In this document: positions 39,742 to 54,501 of the stretch, in pieces
Layout of the letters: the number at the start of each line of letters is the position of its first letter
How positions within the stretch are numbered: the first letter of the stretch is position 1
Position numbers and translations under genes: made by a program
Source: Trichinella spiralis
Lineage: Eukaryota
Assembly: GCF_000181795.1 (NCBI RefSeq)
Contig: NW_003526940.1
Location: forward strand, 540,336 to 604,335
Direction of reading: 5' to 3'
Length of the DNA: 64,000 bases
Notes under the pieces: model-generated
Database searches by the model: none
What the model saw: the letters and a program-made list of their open reading frames with translations, nothing else
Told to the model about the DNA's origin: nothing

Positions 39742-41591
39742 TTTAACTAATTCAAGAAATTTGATCTCAAAGCAATCAAATCAATTTATTTATATACGTA
39801 TCACTTTTTATTTATTTATTTATTTATGTTTATTTGTAGCCGTTTGATAAAAAAGCAGCATTTTTAAAATGTCAGAATAAATTTGAATATTGTTTAAATT
39901 GAGAAAAATTGCGATAGAAGACTTTTTTATGTTGGAAAGCAAACTCTCAATCCGATACTCGTGAACTGGCATTAGAATTTTCATGCTAAATTGAATTTCT
40001 TTGATAAAATTTTTTGTTCATTTGAAGAATATATGTGATAAGGTTCAAAATTACATTTGTAAAATTATATGCAATAAAATAAATATCTGTTGGAAATTGT
40101 GATGACGAATAAAATTGTTGTTACAAATGATGCGCAAAATGGCAAAGTATGCTTGTTGCAACAACTAACTATTTGCAGTATAAAAGTCATTCGATCGTTG
40201 TTGATTCAGAATTTATAAATTACAAAGAGATCAGTTTTTAAATCCTTTATTGTAAATTTTAAATAATGATGCTATTTTTACAGTGCAATACACTTGCATG
40301 GTGCTATTGGAAACTTTTTTCATTTTTTCAAATAAACAAATACCACTATGCAAGCAAGTAAATGAAATAAAAATTATCGATAATAGCATAAATTCAATAA
40401 AGTATTAAGAAATTGAAGTAATCATAAAAAATTTCATAAAATCATTTAAAAAATGCAAGGTAGCAGTCGTGCAATTATTATTCTTATTGCCACTGTCATG
40501 TTGCATGTGGCTTAACTTAAATTTTATTATTAGAAACTTAAATTTTTACACTTGAAGTTCTGAATTGCTTTTGTAATAAATACTGAAATTTTTCATTGAT
40601 GATCAAACTAGCAGTAACCATGAATTACGTTTACTTACATCATGTACAATTGTAATGTGTTATGTGTAAACATTAGTGCATGCCAATAGTTGCTTCCTGT
40701 TATAAAGCAAAGAATAATTGAACAGTTTTTTAAATTTATATATTTTACAGTTTTAAAAAATTTCAAATAAATGCACCATATTTATTATGTAAACTATATT
40801 ATTTTATGTTGACTTTATTAATTTATTTTTATATTTATTTTATGATTATATTAATTAATATTTTAAACTACCTTTTTTAGCCGAGTTCAAATACAAAATG
40901 TAGATTATCATACAGTATACCAGGTGTTATTCTTTTGATCACTTTTGCTTACTGTAAGATGCAGTCTTGTTTAGAACCGTTGTAATGCTTATTGATGTGT
41001 GACAAATGCATTTAATTTGTCATTTGTGCGAGCGAAGCACACTTTTTTGAAGATTAACATCAATACTAAACACTGCTAGGTATAGCTGTTGTTTTTTGCA
41101 TATTATAAAAAGCGATGCATGGATAAATTTTCATGAATAACTTTGCGCAATATGCATAATAAATTTGCAGTTGAGCATTACTTGAACAGATGAACATTTT
41201 ATTTAAATTAATTGTGCACATATTACTTTGCACATGCATAGCTTTTAAATGATTTATTTATACATGCGTTGTTTTAGATATAGTTAAAATTTCGCATTAG
41301 ATTAATCTTGCTAAAAGGCAAATGCTAAATTTTTTTTGAAAGCATAGGTTTATGCAACTCAGATTACGATATTTCTGAATTTAATGTTTTTAAATATTCA
41401 TTAATAAAGAATTAAAATATGTATTAATTATTGTATAAGTATTATATTTTGAGCTACATGTGCTGAAGGTTTTTTATTTCTTTTAAACATGATAATCAAG
41501 TTCAAGTGGATTGTTAATTTTATTCTTTGACTTTCTTCAACATACCGTATGCTGAACCTTTGTTTTTCCAGTTATTGGGTAACTGTCGGTG

Positions 41592-44050
41592 ATGGAAGAG
41601 CCACAATTATTGCCGATGAATTCTATGATGGAGTCATCGAAATGTGAAAGCGAAATTCACTCTGTAAGGGATGGAAGCAACGGCAGTGCATTGCCATCAG
41701 ACAAAAAAGCTTGTTTGGCAGCAGTCAATAATTACTCAAATTGTCCTGCCGTCAGCGGTGGCGAACCTTCGGTAAATCATCTTCACAAATTTGTTCACAA
41801 ATGTTCACAAATTTTGTAAACAACTAGTGCACTGGACGAACATGAAGTTATCAAATAAATTTGTTTAAAAGAATCATATTACATATGGATGAAAATTTTA
41901 AGCTTTATTTAGGTTTAACTTTATAAAGTTGTAGTTTAATTATGTAACGTTAAATTTTCATTATTATTTTTTCATTGTTTTGTTGTTTAGTATTCGTTTT
42001 GCTTTTTATAATTTGTATTTGTCTTAGCAACAATTTTTACTATTTTTTTAGATTTATGGTGGTTTTATTCTAGAGCAAGTGAGGATGATGAGGCATGATA
42101 ATAACGTTGTTTATTTTTGAGTTGGTGCCACTTATTAAATTTACCACGCAGTATTGATTTTATTTAATATACTCTTGTTCCAAAATGCATGCATTGTATT
42201 TGTTCTTCAAAGTAAAGTGTATAATTTTTGAAATACTTTTTTTTCATTTCTCAAGAATTTATTATTTTAATTTAAGCTTATAGTTTAACTTTATGTTGAA
42301 AAATGTATTTATCACTTTAATTATCAATGTTGAAAGTGTGACGTTGTATAAGCATGGAATAAGATTTTTTTAATTTTAATATTACATTTGTGGAAATGTT
42401 TTCCAGCAAAAAATTTTGCAGATTTAAAAGCATTTTATTTTGATGGAACAGTAATTATTTTTCTCCAAGAAAGTTATTCTGAAAAGGGCAAAACGTTTTG
42501 AATTAATATTGTTGTACTTTTGCTGATTGTGCTGAAGGTTGTGATGTGTGTTTGTTCATTTAAGAAAGCTGCCGAATGTGAAACCGTGGGAAAGTGTGGC
42601 GGCACTTTAGCGCCGAAGAAAAATCCAATCGCTTTTCCATACACCGGTTACTGCGGTTCTGTGTGGATTCCATTCGACAACCATTACACGTTTGCAAATC
42701 CGTCGTGTTTTTCATTTTATCCCGGCTATTATGGAGGACAGCACGGTAAGGCGGGTTTCAGTTCGACCGAAGTTGAAGAGCGTCCCGCTGCCGAACCTTC
42801 GCCACCGCCCTTCGAACCGCCTACCACGGTTGCTGAAATACGCAAGGCGATTCGAAAGAAGATGCATCGGTGTAAAGTGTGCAAAAATCGTTTCATTGAA
42901 AAAGACATCTATGAGCGGCATCTTCGCGATCGTCACCCGGTTGTTTATATCAAATACGCCGAGGAGCAGGCGAAAATTATGGAAGATCAACGATTGGCCG
43001 AGCTTGAACAAATCCGCCGCGAAGAAATTCAAACCGGTGGTTTTATACTTCCAGCAAAGTAGGCGATTTGAAAGAAAATTATATATAATTTTGAATTGAA
43101 TCGAATTCCAATTGACAGAGATGTTGAAGAGGCAGAGGCACGTACGGATCCTGCTGAAATTAAACTGCCACCCGAAGAAGATGTCGGCGGTTATTACACT
43201 GCTTACGATGAAGACGGTTTGGCGACGAAGAAGCGCCGTGCATACGTGAAAAAAATCAGTCCCCAGTGTCCTTTTTGTGATAAGCGATTTCGAAACGACA
43301 ATTCTTTGAAAAAGCACGTCGCCAAAAAGCATCCCGAGGCAATCAACTTCATCCAGTGCAACAAGTGTTTCAAAGTTTTGAAATCAATGGACGAGATGCG
43401 GTCCCACGACTGCGAGCTGGCTTGGATTTGCTGGTCTTGCGTTCCAATTCGCAACATGATCACCCAGGAACGTTTGGATGTGCACAGGAAGAAGTTCCAC
43501 CGCGGTTCGCAGAGTGGTTTCCGCTGCAACGAGTGTTCTCGTAAATTTCTGACGCCGAGGAAGTTGCGAAAGCACAAAAAGATGGCTCACATTATTCAAA
43601 AGCCTTACAAGTGTCATTTTTGTGACGAATATTTTCCCACAGATACTCAGGTATACTACTGTTGATTGAGTGATTGTTCATTCCTGGATATTAATGGATG
43701 TCATTTTTTAGACTGCGTTGCACGAACGCATTCATACAGGAAAAGTGAACTTCGAGTGCACAATTTGTGATTTCAAAACCAACCGCTTCATGCGTCTCTG
43801 TGATCACAAGCGTCGTGAACACGGCTACGTCTGCATCATCTGCAAAGAGAAGACGGTCGAATGGTCAGAGTTGAAATATCACACATTGACTGTGCATGGA
43901 GGTTATTTATCCGAAGAAAGTCACACTGGTGAGTTTGAAAATATTGCCAACCGCATGCTTTTTTAATATTGCCAACAATATGATCGAATGTGTTCTTTTG
44001 TAGTCTGCATTGAGAGTCCTCGTGTTTGGATTTTGTACAAAGGTGAATAG
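41592..44050 (+). CDS. Multi-C2H2 zinc-finger protein; exons ~41592-41771, 42565-43058, 43118-43650, 43712-43928, 44004-44050
   Basis: CKVC..RF...YERHLRDRH, CPFCDKRF....LKKHVAKKH, CNECSRKF....LRKHKKMAH, CHFC...HERIHTGK and others; GT-AG introns; ends ESPRVWILYKGE*. Confidence 0.88.
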
Positions 44051-45450
44051 GCGTGGATGGAAATGGATCTTTCAAACATGGAACGATGAACTGTGGTGGC
44101 TTGGTCGACACTGTTCGCCTGTTGTGACCAAGGATGAGCAGGAGACTGTACCGCGTTGTTGTTATTAGTGTCGCTTTATTTTTCCACGTCCCTTCATTTA
44201 TTTTCAAGAATCACTTTTAAAAAAATACCTTTTCTCTTTTTTTCTGTTTTTTCTGTTTTAAATTTCATCTTCACAATGGATGGATGGGACGTTTATGTGT
44301 GTTGAAATAAAACTTTCCAAATTCAGGCAACGAAGCCGAGGACAGCATTGGCAACAGTCCAGTCCTCTGTGCATTTTAGAATTGAGTTTGTGTGAGCTAG
44401 GAGAGTTTGATGCAAAAAAATAGTTGCTGCAAAGTCAAATGAAATATTTTAACTTACAGTATATCTATATCTGTATATATAATGTGAGACTTTAGCGCAT
44501 TGACGAATTTGTTTTAGGATTTGAAAGGTGCTTCGTCGATTTTAACGGCTTTTGTTTCTTCGTACAGATATTTTTAAAGTTCAAGATACGGCGAGAAGAG
44601 TGCAATAATGACAATACATGCAAAGCGTTCACTGTCTGATGATGCTGTTAGTGTTTTATGATTTGCTGTTTCAATACGCATATGCATGCAATGAATGAAC
44701 GGACGAACGAAATTTGGACTGAAAATGAGAAATAAGTTTTATTAGACACGACACATGATATAATTGTTTGCCGTTGTCGTTGTTGTTGTTGTTGTTGTTG
44801 GGTAATTCACGTGAATGATGCTTATTGGCAAAATTGTGTTCATATATATGGTGGTGGATAAGTGAAGCTTGAATTCAACTTTCGGCAAAGAAATGTGACT
44901 ACTGATGGTGAATTTGTTTTTTGTCGTTGTTCAATAAGTTATTTTTGATACGTAAAAACCATGCAATTACAAATTTTAAGATTGACTTGACAAAATGCAA
45001 AGATTGAAGGTGAGTTACTATTTAAAATTATTTTTTTGATGAATGATGTAAAATTATTGCATTGAAGCGGAGAAAGGTGTAAAATATTTTCAGAAATACA
45101 GATCATTCATACCAACCAACTTACGTGTTAATAGCGTTGAACGTTGAAAATGCTTCTTCTTCTTCTTCTTCTCATTTTAATGTAAACGGGTAAACAGCGT
45201 AAGTGGAAAAATTCAAATTATGAATTGCTTTTTTCTGAATAAACATTGTAAAATGACACTTTCATTTTTGATTTTTGCAAGCACAACGCTGCTCAAAGCG
45301 GAAAGATTGGAATTGAATAATTCCCTTTGTATTCATTTTGCAAAAGCAATCAATATCATCAGTCAGTTATTTTGATTTAGCCGCTTAATTGTGCAGAGCT
45401 GGATTTGTCGAAACACGGTGAGTTAATTGTTGATACTGATGCTGGTATAG

Positions 45451-47830
45451 ATGAGCAGCATATTTTTGAAAAAGTTCACTTGTCGAAATGCTGTACGCTC
45501 GTCAATGTTCACTATATTGCAATGTCACAAATCCGGCAAAGGTTACAGCGGTTTTAGCCACGGGCGAGCCAAAACCACACTTGCTTTTGCCGTGTCGTTC
45601 ACAATATCGACAGTATGCATTGTGTCGACATTTTTGAATTACAATTGGTGATTCCATTTTTGAATATCGTTTTAAAATAATCCTTTTCCAATTCGCATAC
45701 TCTGTTGTTTTGTCAGGTGGTCGGAGAAAATTTCAAATTCAGCCAAATATATTGTGGGCCGAAAGGATGCTGCAACGTTCGACGACAATGCCCAGTTGAC
45801 GTTCCGTGAGAAAAGAGTTAAGGATTTGAATGTTGACTAAAAATTTAAAGAAAAAACATGCGAAATAATAATACTAATTTTATGTTGGCAAGTTATTTTG
45901 CTCCTCTGGTTGCATTGTGCTCGATTTCTTTCAATTTTAGCTTTTCCGGTGCTGAATGCTTGGAATAAATGAGAAATTGCAATTTTATTGGTTTTTCATT
46001 TTTTGAACAATATATGCGATGCATATGCTTTTGCCTTTTTTATTGAATTTTATGCTTGCGCAATTTTAATAATTTAATAACGTAATTAATGTAATACAAA
46101 AGAAATTATCATCATCATCATCATCATTATGTCAGTTTGTATAATTGGAGAATATCGAATAAACGGATTAATAATAATTAAAGTGTAATTATTTTGTTCT
46201 GCTGTAATAGTAATAGTGTTGCAAGTGTGATTCAATTTTTTTGTTTTGTTAAATTATGCCATTAGAAAAGAAGTAATAATTTTGATTTTCAGATTGTAGA
46301 ATATGAAAATCGCATTCGAACATTTTCGTCTACTTGGAAAATTTTTCGCTACTTTGCAACAATCAAATTATGCTCTCCGGTGGACGAAGGTGGGGACGAA
46401 AAGTGTAAAATTTACATGACATTCAAGGATTTTCTTCGTTCCATTACACCAGGAATGTTGCAACCGAATGGTAACTGCATCATCTACATCACCGTGAAAC
46501 AGAATTTTATGCTGTTTAATTAATATTCAGGTTTGAGGTTGGATCAGTTTCACCGTATTCGACGTCAAGTTGGCATTGTAATTTATTTTGAATTTTTGTA
46601 AAAATTTTAAAAAACAAAACGAAACATCCAACTTTCAGACAGAAAGCGTGGAAACTGTTGATTTTTCCAGCATATCAGAAGAATCGTTAATGTCATATGC
46701 AGATTTTATATTCGCATTCAACGTACTACTGACAGGTGAATGTGAATGCACAACGGAATAGAGTGTGACTTTTTTTTATCAGACGAGAAACAACATTTTT
46801 AGCTTCTGCAGAACAAATTGCCATCGCTTTCAAGATGTTTGATTACAACAATGATGGTTTATTGCATTATGAAGAATTTAATCAAGTTTTGCAATTGATT
46901 GAATTTGAAAATTTCAAAAAATTTCCACATTTATACTGATTTTTCAGATGCAACTTCTCGTCCAAAAAGCGAACATGAGCAAAAGAGGAAGTGATTCGTC
47001 GCTGAATGCGGCGCATTCTGCGCTGGAGCCAGAGTCGATTTTTGCGAAAATCTTCTTCGGACCAACTTTGCAACGAACTGTCAGTTTCAGTGATTTTTTG
47101 GAATTTCGTCAACACTTCCAAGAGTTCATTTTACAACTTCAAGTACTGATGATAATTGTACACTTGATTTGCATAATTTTCTCCATTTGCAATTCAGTTC
47201 AACGAGCACGTACATGCAGATGAGACCACCACCACAGTGGATGCGTTCGGCTTTGCCAAGTTGGTTTTGCTTCATTCGCGTGTTGAACGTGAAAAGTTGA
47301 ACCAAATGATGCGTGGTGTTCAAAAGCACGCCAACAATTGCCGGCGGCGGAGTTGTCGCTTTTCTTTCCAAGACTATTTCCACTATTTCAAACTGTTGAA
47401 TCGACTCGACGAGCTGGAGACGGCTTTGAAAATTTGTCACCTGAATGGCCTGACTGTCGACGTCGAACAGTTCAAACGGATTGTTAACCTGTTTGCCAAC
47501 AGCCGGCAACAACATCTCGACCACATCGCGGAAATTTTATTTGCCATCTTTGATGAAAACGGTACGTCGATTGGTCGTTGATTTGCTTTTTTTTCTAGAA
47601 AATTTGTCGCGAAAACAAATTTCTTATCATGCTTACTGTAATGAAAATCAAGTACAATTCCAGGAGATGGAATATTGAACAGCGATGAGTTTTGTCGCCA
47701 CATGAGAAGTCGTTTCACGTTCGGGTTTTCTGAGCAACATTATCCCCATTTCGGCGCTGTTTTGAAAGCTATGCTGAGTTGTGCTTTTCAAACTGCAATC
47801 AATTTTCATCACGAACGCCGTCATTGTTGA
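45451..47830 (+). CDS. MICU1: Mitochondrial calcium uptake protein 1 (EF-hand), multi-exon
   Basis: IVEYENRIRTFSS..KIFRYFAT, IYMT..DFLRSITPG..QP.GL.LDQF, and EF hands AFKMFDYNNDG and LFAIFDENGDGILNSDEF. Confidence 0.85.
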
Positions 47831-48607
47831 ATGTTCGAATTTTTTAACTGCATTAACTGCAGAATTTTATTTCATTCGTCTTCTGTGAAAATATTCTCTT
47901 CATTGTCTGTTTAACAATTGAAAATAAATTTGTAAATTATTTCATTATATATGTATTTCAAAAATTACCCAACGTTAATTTTACAAATAAATTTTTTTCG
48001 AAGATAAAAAAATTCATTTGCACCAACCAAACTCTCAATTTAATTGGCAAGTAATTATTTGACTTTTAGCTGGTTGAATATTTTTTTATTAAATTTTCTT
48101 TTTATTTTTTTATTCATTGAAACAATCCGTATCATTTTTTCCAGTCTTTCAGTTTTAGTTTCGATAAGATAAAAGAGGCAAGAAAAATATGATCAAACAG
48201 AAGAGATGCATGTGCATTGGAATTATTTATTATCATTATTTAAAGCTGTTCATCGTTGTAAATCAGTGATTGTAGTATAGTAATTAACCTGATGAATTCT
48301 TCAAGACACATATTAGCAATTTAATGTAATTTCAGTATCCTTGTCTTGTAAAGAAGTGAACATATATGCAAATTATTCATTTAGTGGTCCTTTATTAAGC
48401 AATATTAAATGAATATTTTATTTCTTATTTGCAGTTTAAAATGTATTCATAAAGACATTTTAAAGAGTTTGTCTAAAGTTTGTTTAAAGTGAGCAGAAAA
48501 AGTTGTTAAAAGGTAGCATGCATTGTCAGCTGAAATTGAACCAACCTATTGTTCTGCAATTATAAAATCGAGTTGGAGAAAGCAATTGTTTGAAAAAAAT
48601 TACCATT

Positions 48608-49850
48608 ATGGTGGGATTTCAAATTGATGAAATAATTGATAATCGTTGGAAAATTGTTTGTTATTTTTTAAGTTTATATTTTTTTTCAAATTAAAGTAAA
48701 TTAAATTTCAGAAAATGTTAATTGGAAAAGGCGGCTACGGCAGGGTGCATGTGGCTGATGATCTAAGAACAGGAAAGTCAGCTGCCGTTAAATCAGAGCA
48801 CCGGAAAGTCAAAGAGAAAGAGGATTCTATAGATCAAGAGCTGAAAGTGTTTTTCGCTTATCATAGTAAGTATTTTTGATATTATATTTAGAAAAGTTTT
48901 GTTTGGCAATATTAGCATTTCTGATTTACATGATATTTGTAAAGATGAGATTATAAATTTTTAATAATTATAATTTAGAAAGTGTTCATTGTCCTCGTCT
49001 GTTTGGATATGGTAAATGGCGAGATATTTCGTACATTGTTATGGAAATATTGGGACCTACGCTTCATGAAAGACGTCTGAAAATGCCGTCACTTGCGTTT
49101 AGCCCAAATACTGCTGTGCGTTGTTGTGCAGATATTTTAAGTTGCATTCAAGATTTGCACGATGTAGGCTATGTCCACCGTGATATAAAATTGGTAGATA
49201 TAACTTTAAGCAACACTGTTAAAAATTAATATAATGATTTTATTCTTTATCCTGTAAGGCAAATCTCGCTACTGGAACTAGTGAATATAACAAAAGAAGA
49301 CTTTATCTTTTTGATTTTGGATTGTCGAGAAAATACATTGATGAAAATAAGCACTTGATAAAGAAACGGAAGATAACTTGTTTCAAAGGAACGCGAAAAT
49401 ATGCATCCATAAAAGCCCATCTTAATCAGGTAATCGATGAAGTCGGTGATTGGAAGAAAATGTTTGTCTACTTTTAGCAGTGTATTTGGGTTTAGGATAT
49501 TGGACGTGTAGACGATTTGTGGTCTCTGTTTTATAGCATAATTGAAATGTTTACCGGCTCCTTGCCATGGCAGGGTATACATGATAACGATAAAATTTTA
49601 CAGATGAAATCATCCATTACCCTGGGAACGCTGTGCGAAGAACTCTTACCAGAATTTAATCTGTTCGCTTTGCATTTGTCAACTTTGAAGTATTTTGATT
49701 TTTCTAGCTTGAATTTTGACAGTTCATACTTTTCAAATTGCATTTAGATTTGAAGATCGACCATGTTATGAATTTTTGAATATATTAATCGAAAAAAGTG
49801 CGTACGAGTTCAGCATTTCAGAGGATGAGCCGTTCGATTGGGAATTTTAG
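48608..49850 (+). CDS. Tau-tubulin kinase / CK1-family Ser/Thr kinase (kinase domain only), multi-exon
   Basis: IGKGGYGRV, AAVKSE, YIVMEILGPTL, YVHRDIKLAN, DFGLSR, FKGTRKYASIKAH, GRVDDLWSLFY, C-terminal PFDWE. Confidence 0.9.
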
Positions 49851-51602
49851 TGAATGAAAAAAATCTGTTTCAATCTTCTTTGTCAGTTGTTGTCATGATT
49901 GGATTTGAATTAAATTTATTCAGAACAGCTGCAGTTTATTAAGTTGTAATTAATATAAAAACGGAATTTTTTGTTTCATTAATGGAAGCATTAAAAGAAA
50001 AAATTAAAGTATTAATTACTGATTTTTTTAGATTATTATTAGCTTTTAATATGTTATATTTTTTGCTGAACTGAGATTGCTGAAATATAATTTTTAGCAT
50101 TGCAAAATGTCAGTTCAATATGCCACTCAACCATGTGAGATGAACAAAATGTCATTGTAACATTATTGTTATATGGGTATTGTTTTATGTAGCAAATATT
50201 ATTGTTAATTTAATTGAAATCTACAGTTTTAAGAAAATCGTGGCTTTACAGCAGTTCAATAAAATTTTTTAATGTTGAATTAATTTTCACTGCGCGTAAT
50301 TTATTAAACCTGTTAAAAATTTGTTTTTTTAGATTTTAATAAAATATATTTATCCTAAAATTCATTTTAAAAAATAATTTTCAATTTTAACTTAATCTCG
50401 AAACTTTAAGCAAACTTTGTAACTGTTAATTTTGGAACTGTATGAAGTATTCACTGTCTACACAATATGAAAATAGCTAAGAATAAAATAAGCTGCTTGA
50501 ACTTTCATTGAAAACAAGATTTTGTGAAACAAATTTCAATGCATTCAGTACAAATATAAAACTTTTATGCTCGGTCCAGTTAACTAACTGTTAATAGCAA
50601 TCAAAGAGTTGCACAGCGCCACATTTAAACATCATCAAAAAATTGAATTTGAAATACGTTATTCAGAACTGTGAAAATATGATTTTAATCAAATACAATA
50701 ATTCAAAAAGACAAACAAAGGAATTACGTATCTTTTTGATTTTGTTAGTCGTAAAAATTAAATGACAATGGAAATCAGCTCAGCAAACGGCATGATTTTT
50801 TGAGATAATGCAATTTACATGCCAATGGGTGCAAGTCAGCATGAATTAATGTAACTACTGCACGTATGAAATATCGTATGACTATCTTTCGGCCACTGCT
50901 TCAGAGGTAAGGGTCATCTATTTCTATTTACAATTCCTACAAAAAGTTCAGCTCGTTAAATATATGACAAAACGTATTTTAAACAATTTTATAACTATCG
51001 CACCCCATATTAATTTACAAAAAATTGAAATTACTTCATTTTATAATTGCACAAAAAAACTTAGCTGTAAAATATTGTTAGCATGTTTATGATTAAAACT
51101 TTTTTGCTCATAATTTTTAATAAACAAATGCAATTGCGTACTGTAGTAAGTAAATTTGTAGGTGTTTATTCAGTAAACAGCGGGTATATTGCACAAATAC
51201 AGCATGAACAAGTAACTATAGCCTAGATGCTCACTGAACCGATCTTTAGAATGTTCCACTGTTGTAATATAAAAAAAATTTTTAAGTGGCAGGTGATGTA
51301 TGGCATGCAACTACTATTTTGAGATGATTGTTGCAATGAAAACATTCGTTTACTATTTGTTTATCTAGGGAAATATTTCCTGTCAATAAATTGCAACGAT
51401 TAGAAATGTTTTATATGTTACACATAGATAAATTACCATATATAGAAAGATTGACTGATAAATTTCAAAAACAGTCAGTTTACAAAATAAAAAAAATGTA
51501 ATGGAAAAAACTGGGAAAATGAATAAAATTTTTGAAAGCTTCTATTCAATTCTGGTTTTTAATTAAACAGAATAAAATGTTCAAAAGAAAATAAGTATGT
51601 CA

Positions 51603-51675
51603 GCCTGCGTAGCTCAGTCGGTAGAGCGTTAGGCTTTTAACCTAAATGTCCAGGGTTCGACCCCCTGCGCAGGCG
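51603..51675 (+). tRNA. tRNA-Lys (anticodon UUU)
   Basis: 73-nt cloverleaf: acceptor stem GCCTGCG/CGCAGGC, D-arm GCTCAGTCGGTAGAGC, anticodon loop CTTTTAA, T-arm GGTTCGA. Confidence 0.95.
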
Positions 51676-52006
51676 TTTCTACTTTTCACAAAAGTTGTTA
51701 TTAGTAATCAAACTTCGTGATTATATTTTCTTTTTCAGCATTCACGATTACTTTAAATTACAATGAAAACCAAGTTTATTACAAAATAAGATGTTCTAGA
51801 ACAGTGTAATAATTTATCTCTGGAAATAAGCAAATTATCGCTATAAAGTTGTATATTTTTGTGGTATCATTTATATAAATGTTTTAAATTATTATTAAAA
51901 GTTTGTATTTGCAGCGAAAAGTTGCGCATTTTATATTTAGCCTACATGTATAATGTTTTGGTAAATGCATGCACAAACAAGAAGTGGTAAGATAAACTAA
52001 CCGTCT

Positions 52007-52029
52007 TTAGCTTTTAACTTAAATGTCCA
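52007..52029 (+). pseudogene. Short tRNA-Lys-like fragment (anticodon arm and variable loop)
   Basis: ttagcttttaacttaaatgtcca versus ttaggcttttaacctaaatgtcca in the intact tRNAs. Confidence 0.4.
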
Positions 52030-52313
52030 ATATACATTTTCATTGCAATCTATTAGTTCTTCCTCATATAGAAAAACAAATTAAATGAACAGATTTAAAA
52101 ATAAGTTAATCCATTTCAGAGTGAATAATTTTTTAATTATTGATTTCTAGTATCAGTAAATACATACTGTTTATTTTTTAACAGAAACATTTAATTATAT
52201 ATTTTATTTAACTATAATTGAAAAGAAAATGATTTTTGCATTTTATACAATGCAATACTATGCATATGAAAATCAATTTGTGCTTAAAATGAAATAAAAA
52301 ATTGTTGTAATTA

Positions 52314-53607
52314 CACCAATACTAAGTTAACGCCCATGATGCGTTCTTGAAAAAGAGCGCTAAAAGCGAAACAGCGTTAAACGGGGCCATTGTAGCATAT
52401 ATTTATAGTACATCTGTTTCAATAAAAGTTTGAATACATTCAACAAAATCTGTTCAAAATTTTTATAAAAATGTTGCATACTTTAATGATCTTAATAATA
52501 ATTGTGATAAAGTCCGGCCTTTGGTTCATCAAGCCTGGGCTTCTTAATAATGATATGATCAATCAATCAATGATAATGATAAGTGTATTTTCTCAAGTCT
52601 TTTCTCATGCAGAATTTCTTTATAGCAAGAAATTATTTCAAGAACACCCCACTCATAATGTGGATCGTGGTCTTTACAAACTGGACCATGATTTTTGTTA
52701 TCTTGGTAATGATGTTGTTGAGAAATTTTAATATTAAAATGATATTAAAAATTATGTTTCAGCAATCTCACTGGTGAATTATATTCTGAATTCACCTGAA
52801 TCTGAATTATAAGTGCATAGCTCTGACAGTCCCATGAAGTCATCATTGTTAGGATTTTCGCTGTGGGGCTCTAATAATTGCTGAACATCTTGCTCAAAAA
52901 ATTCTTGTGTTGCCTTGACATTTGAGCAGCTGCTTTACCATTGATACGTATATTGTGAAGGCTAGCTCACTTTCTAAATCTATCAGACCGACTTCTGCTA
53001 GCTATAAAATTTTCAGATGCATCTCCAGTTTCTTTTTACATATAACTAAAAATGCTTTTTGCCTTTTCCATAATTGGCATCTGTTTTAAAGGCATGCACC
53101 GTTGCGCTTGATCATCTACACAAATACTAAGCATTCGTTTCATTTCTTCAAACAAATGGTTTATTGAACAGGTTACTTTAGTTGTTAAAAATTCGAGGTC
53201 TTAGATGTTAAAGATTTTATCTTATCAACATTTTTCATAATTGCTCATATAATAGACGTTGCCATATTAAGAGAAGCACCAACGTCGACTGGTCGCTTAA
53301 TAGGTTCCAGCCAACGCCACACTTGTAGTTCTATATTTAGACAAATGCTTTTCCACAGCATTTTTGAGGTGTCATCACCTGCACACTTTTTTCCTGTTGT
53401 AATGGGCAAAACGCGTCAAAAATACATAATAAAATATGTAAAATCTATAACAGTACAAAAACTCCAAACAAATTACCATGAATAAACTCACTTGCTGACT
53501 AATTGAATGCATCTGATAAGTCTAGTGATACACATGTTGCCGATGAGTAAGCAAAAATGACCCACGTCACACACCACTTAGAAACAGCGCTAAGCGTAAT
53601 ACTGGTG
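52314..53607 (-). mobile_element. Internally deleted Tigger/pogo (CENP-B HTH) DNA transposon remnant
   Basis: Minus strand: PVDVGASLNMATS and EEMKRMLSICVDDQAQRCMPLKQMPIMEKAKSIF...FIASRSRSDRFRK*ASLHNIRINGKAA (CENP-B/Tc5 HTH). Degenerate termini TA-CACCAATACTAAGTTAACGC (52312-52333) and GCGCTAAGCGTAATACTGGTG (53587-53607). Confidence 0.75.
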
Positions 53608-53927
53608 CATTTTAAAATTATCTCATTGTACATTTTATCTTTACTTAAAAGCTTTTGTTTGTTTAGGAATGTACTATTTTTATTTTTACAAAATCTAATA
53701 ACTGTACAGCAAAATCAAAAAAATTGTGAGGATGCTAGGAAATGTGCAATAAATAATTCAGAGGAAGAGATATCTATCTAAAATGGTTTTGATACTTGAA
53801 ATTAATAAAGTAATATGTGACAAAAACAATTTATCTGTTCAAACTGTTATAAAAAATAATGTATAGTATAATACATACAGCTATTTATTGTATTTGTATA
53901 TTAGCCATTCATTGCAAATTCTATCGA

Positions 53928-54000
53928 GCCTGCGTAGCTCAGTCGGTAGAGCGTTAGGCTTTTAACCTAAATGTCCAGGGTTCGACCCCCTGCGCAGGCG
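53928..54000 (+). tRNA. tRNA-Lys (anticodon UUU), identical to 51603-51675
   Basis: Identical 73-nt sequence. Confidence 0.95.
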
Positions 54001-54501
54001 TTGCTTTCCAAATACTTTAATAATGCCATTATTAAATCTTAAGCTCACAGTATAAACCACAACTTCCTATCAACAATAGTTTCTCTTCATATGTCACTTC
54101 AAAGTTATCTACATTTCAATTATACAATATACTTATACAATCATTCTATGAGCACAATACGCATTTGTCATGCCATAACTATATGCATATAGTATTCAGT
54201 GTGATTCTTTTAAACAAGAATAAGATCAATTGATCAAAAAATATAATTTGTTGTACTTGCATACTCAGATTATAGTTTCATAATCGTGAAAATAAAATCT
54301 TACTATTAATCAAATTTTTCATAAATTTATATTACAAATTTACTGTAAATTACAATTTATAACTATTTTATAACATCATGATATCCTTTAAATGTTATTC
54401 TTCTTTCTGGTTAATCTAAATCTACGTTCGATTTGAAAATAAACTGCTTGATGTAATTTCATTAATTCTGCAGGCAATTAATAAGATTGTTTTTCTTTAA
54501 T

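Noticed and set aside
44804..44914. C/D-box snoRNA-like segment (AATTCAC...ATGATG...CTGA...GTGAATT)
   Set aside because: Imperfect C box and no rRNA guide sequence that I could identify.
48335..48342. U12-type donor-like GTATCCTT (similar strings near 19557, 21885 and 54381)
   Set aside because: All lie outside coding exon boundaries, with no matching intron.
33907..49850. Operon made of four co-directional genes (SMC4, zinc finger, MICU1, TTBK)
   Set aside because: Intergenic gaps of 0.8-1.9 kb, an apparent own promoter motif at TTBK, and no trans-splicing data.
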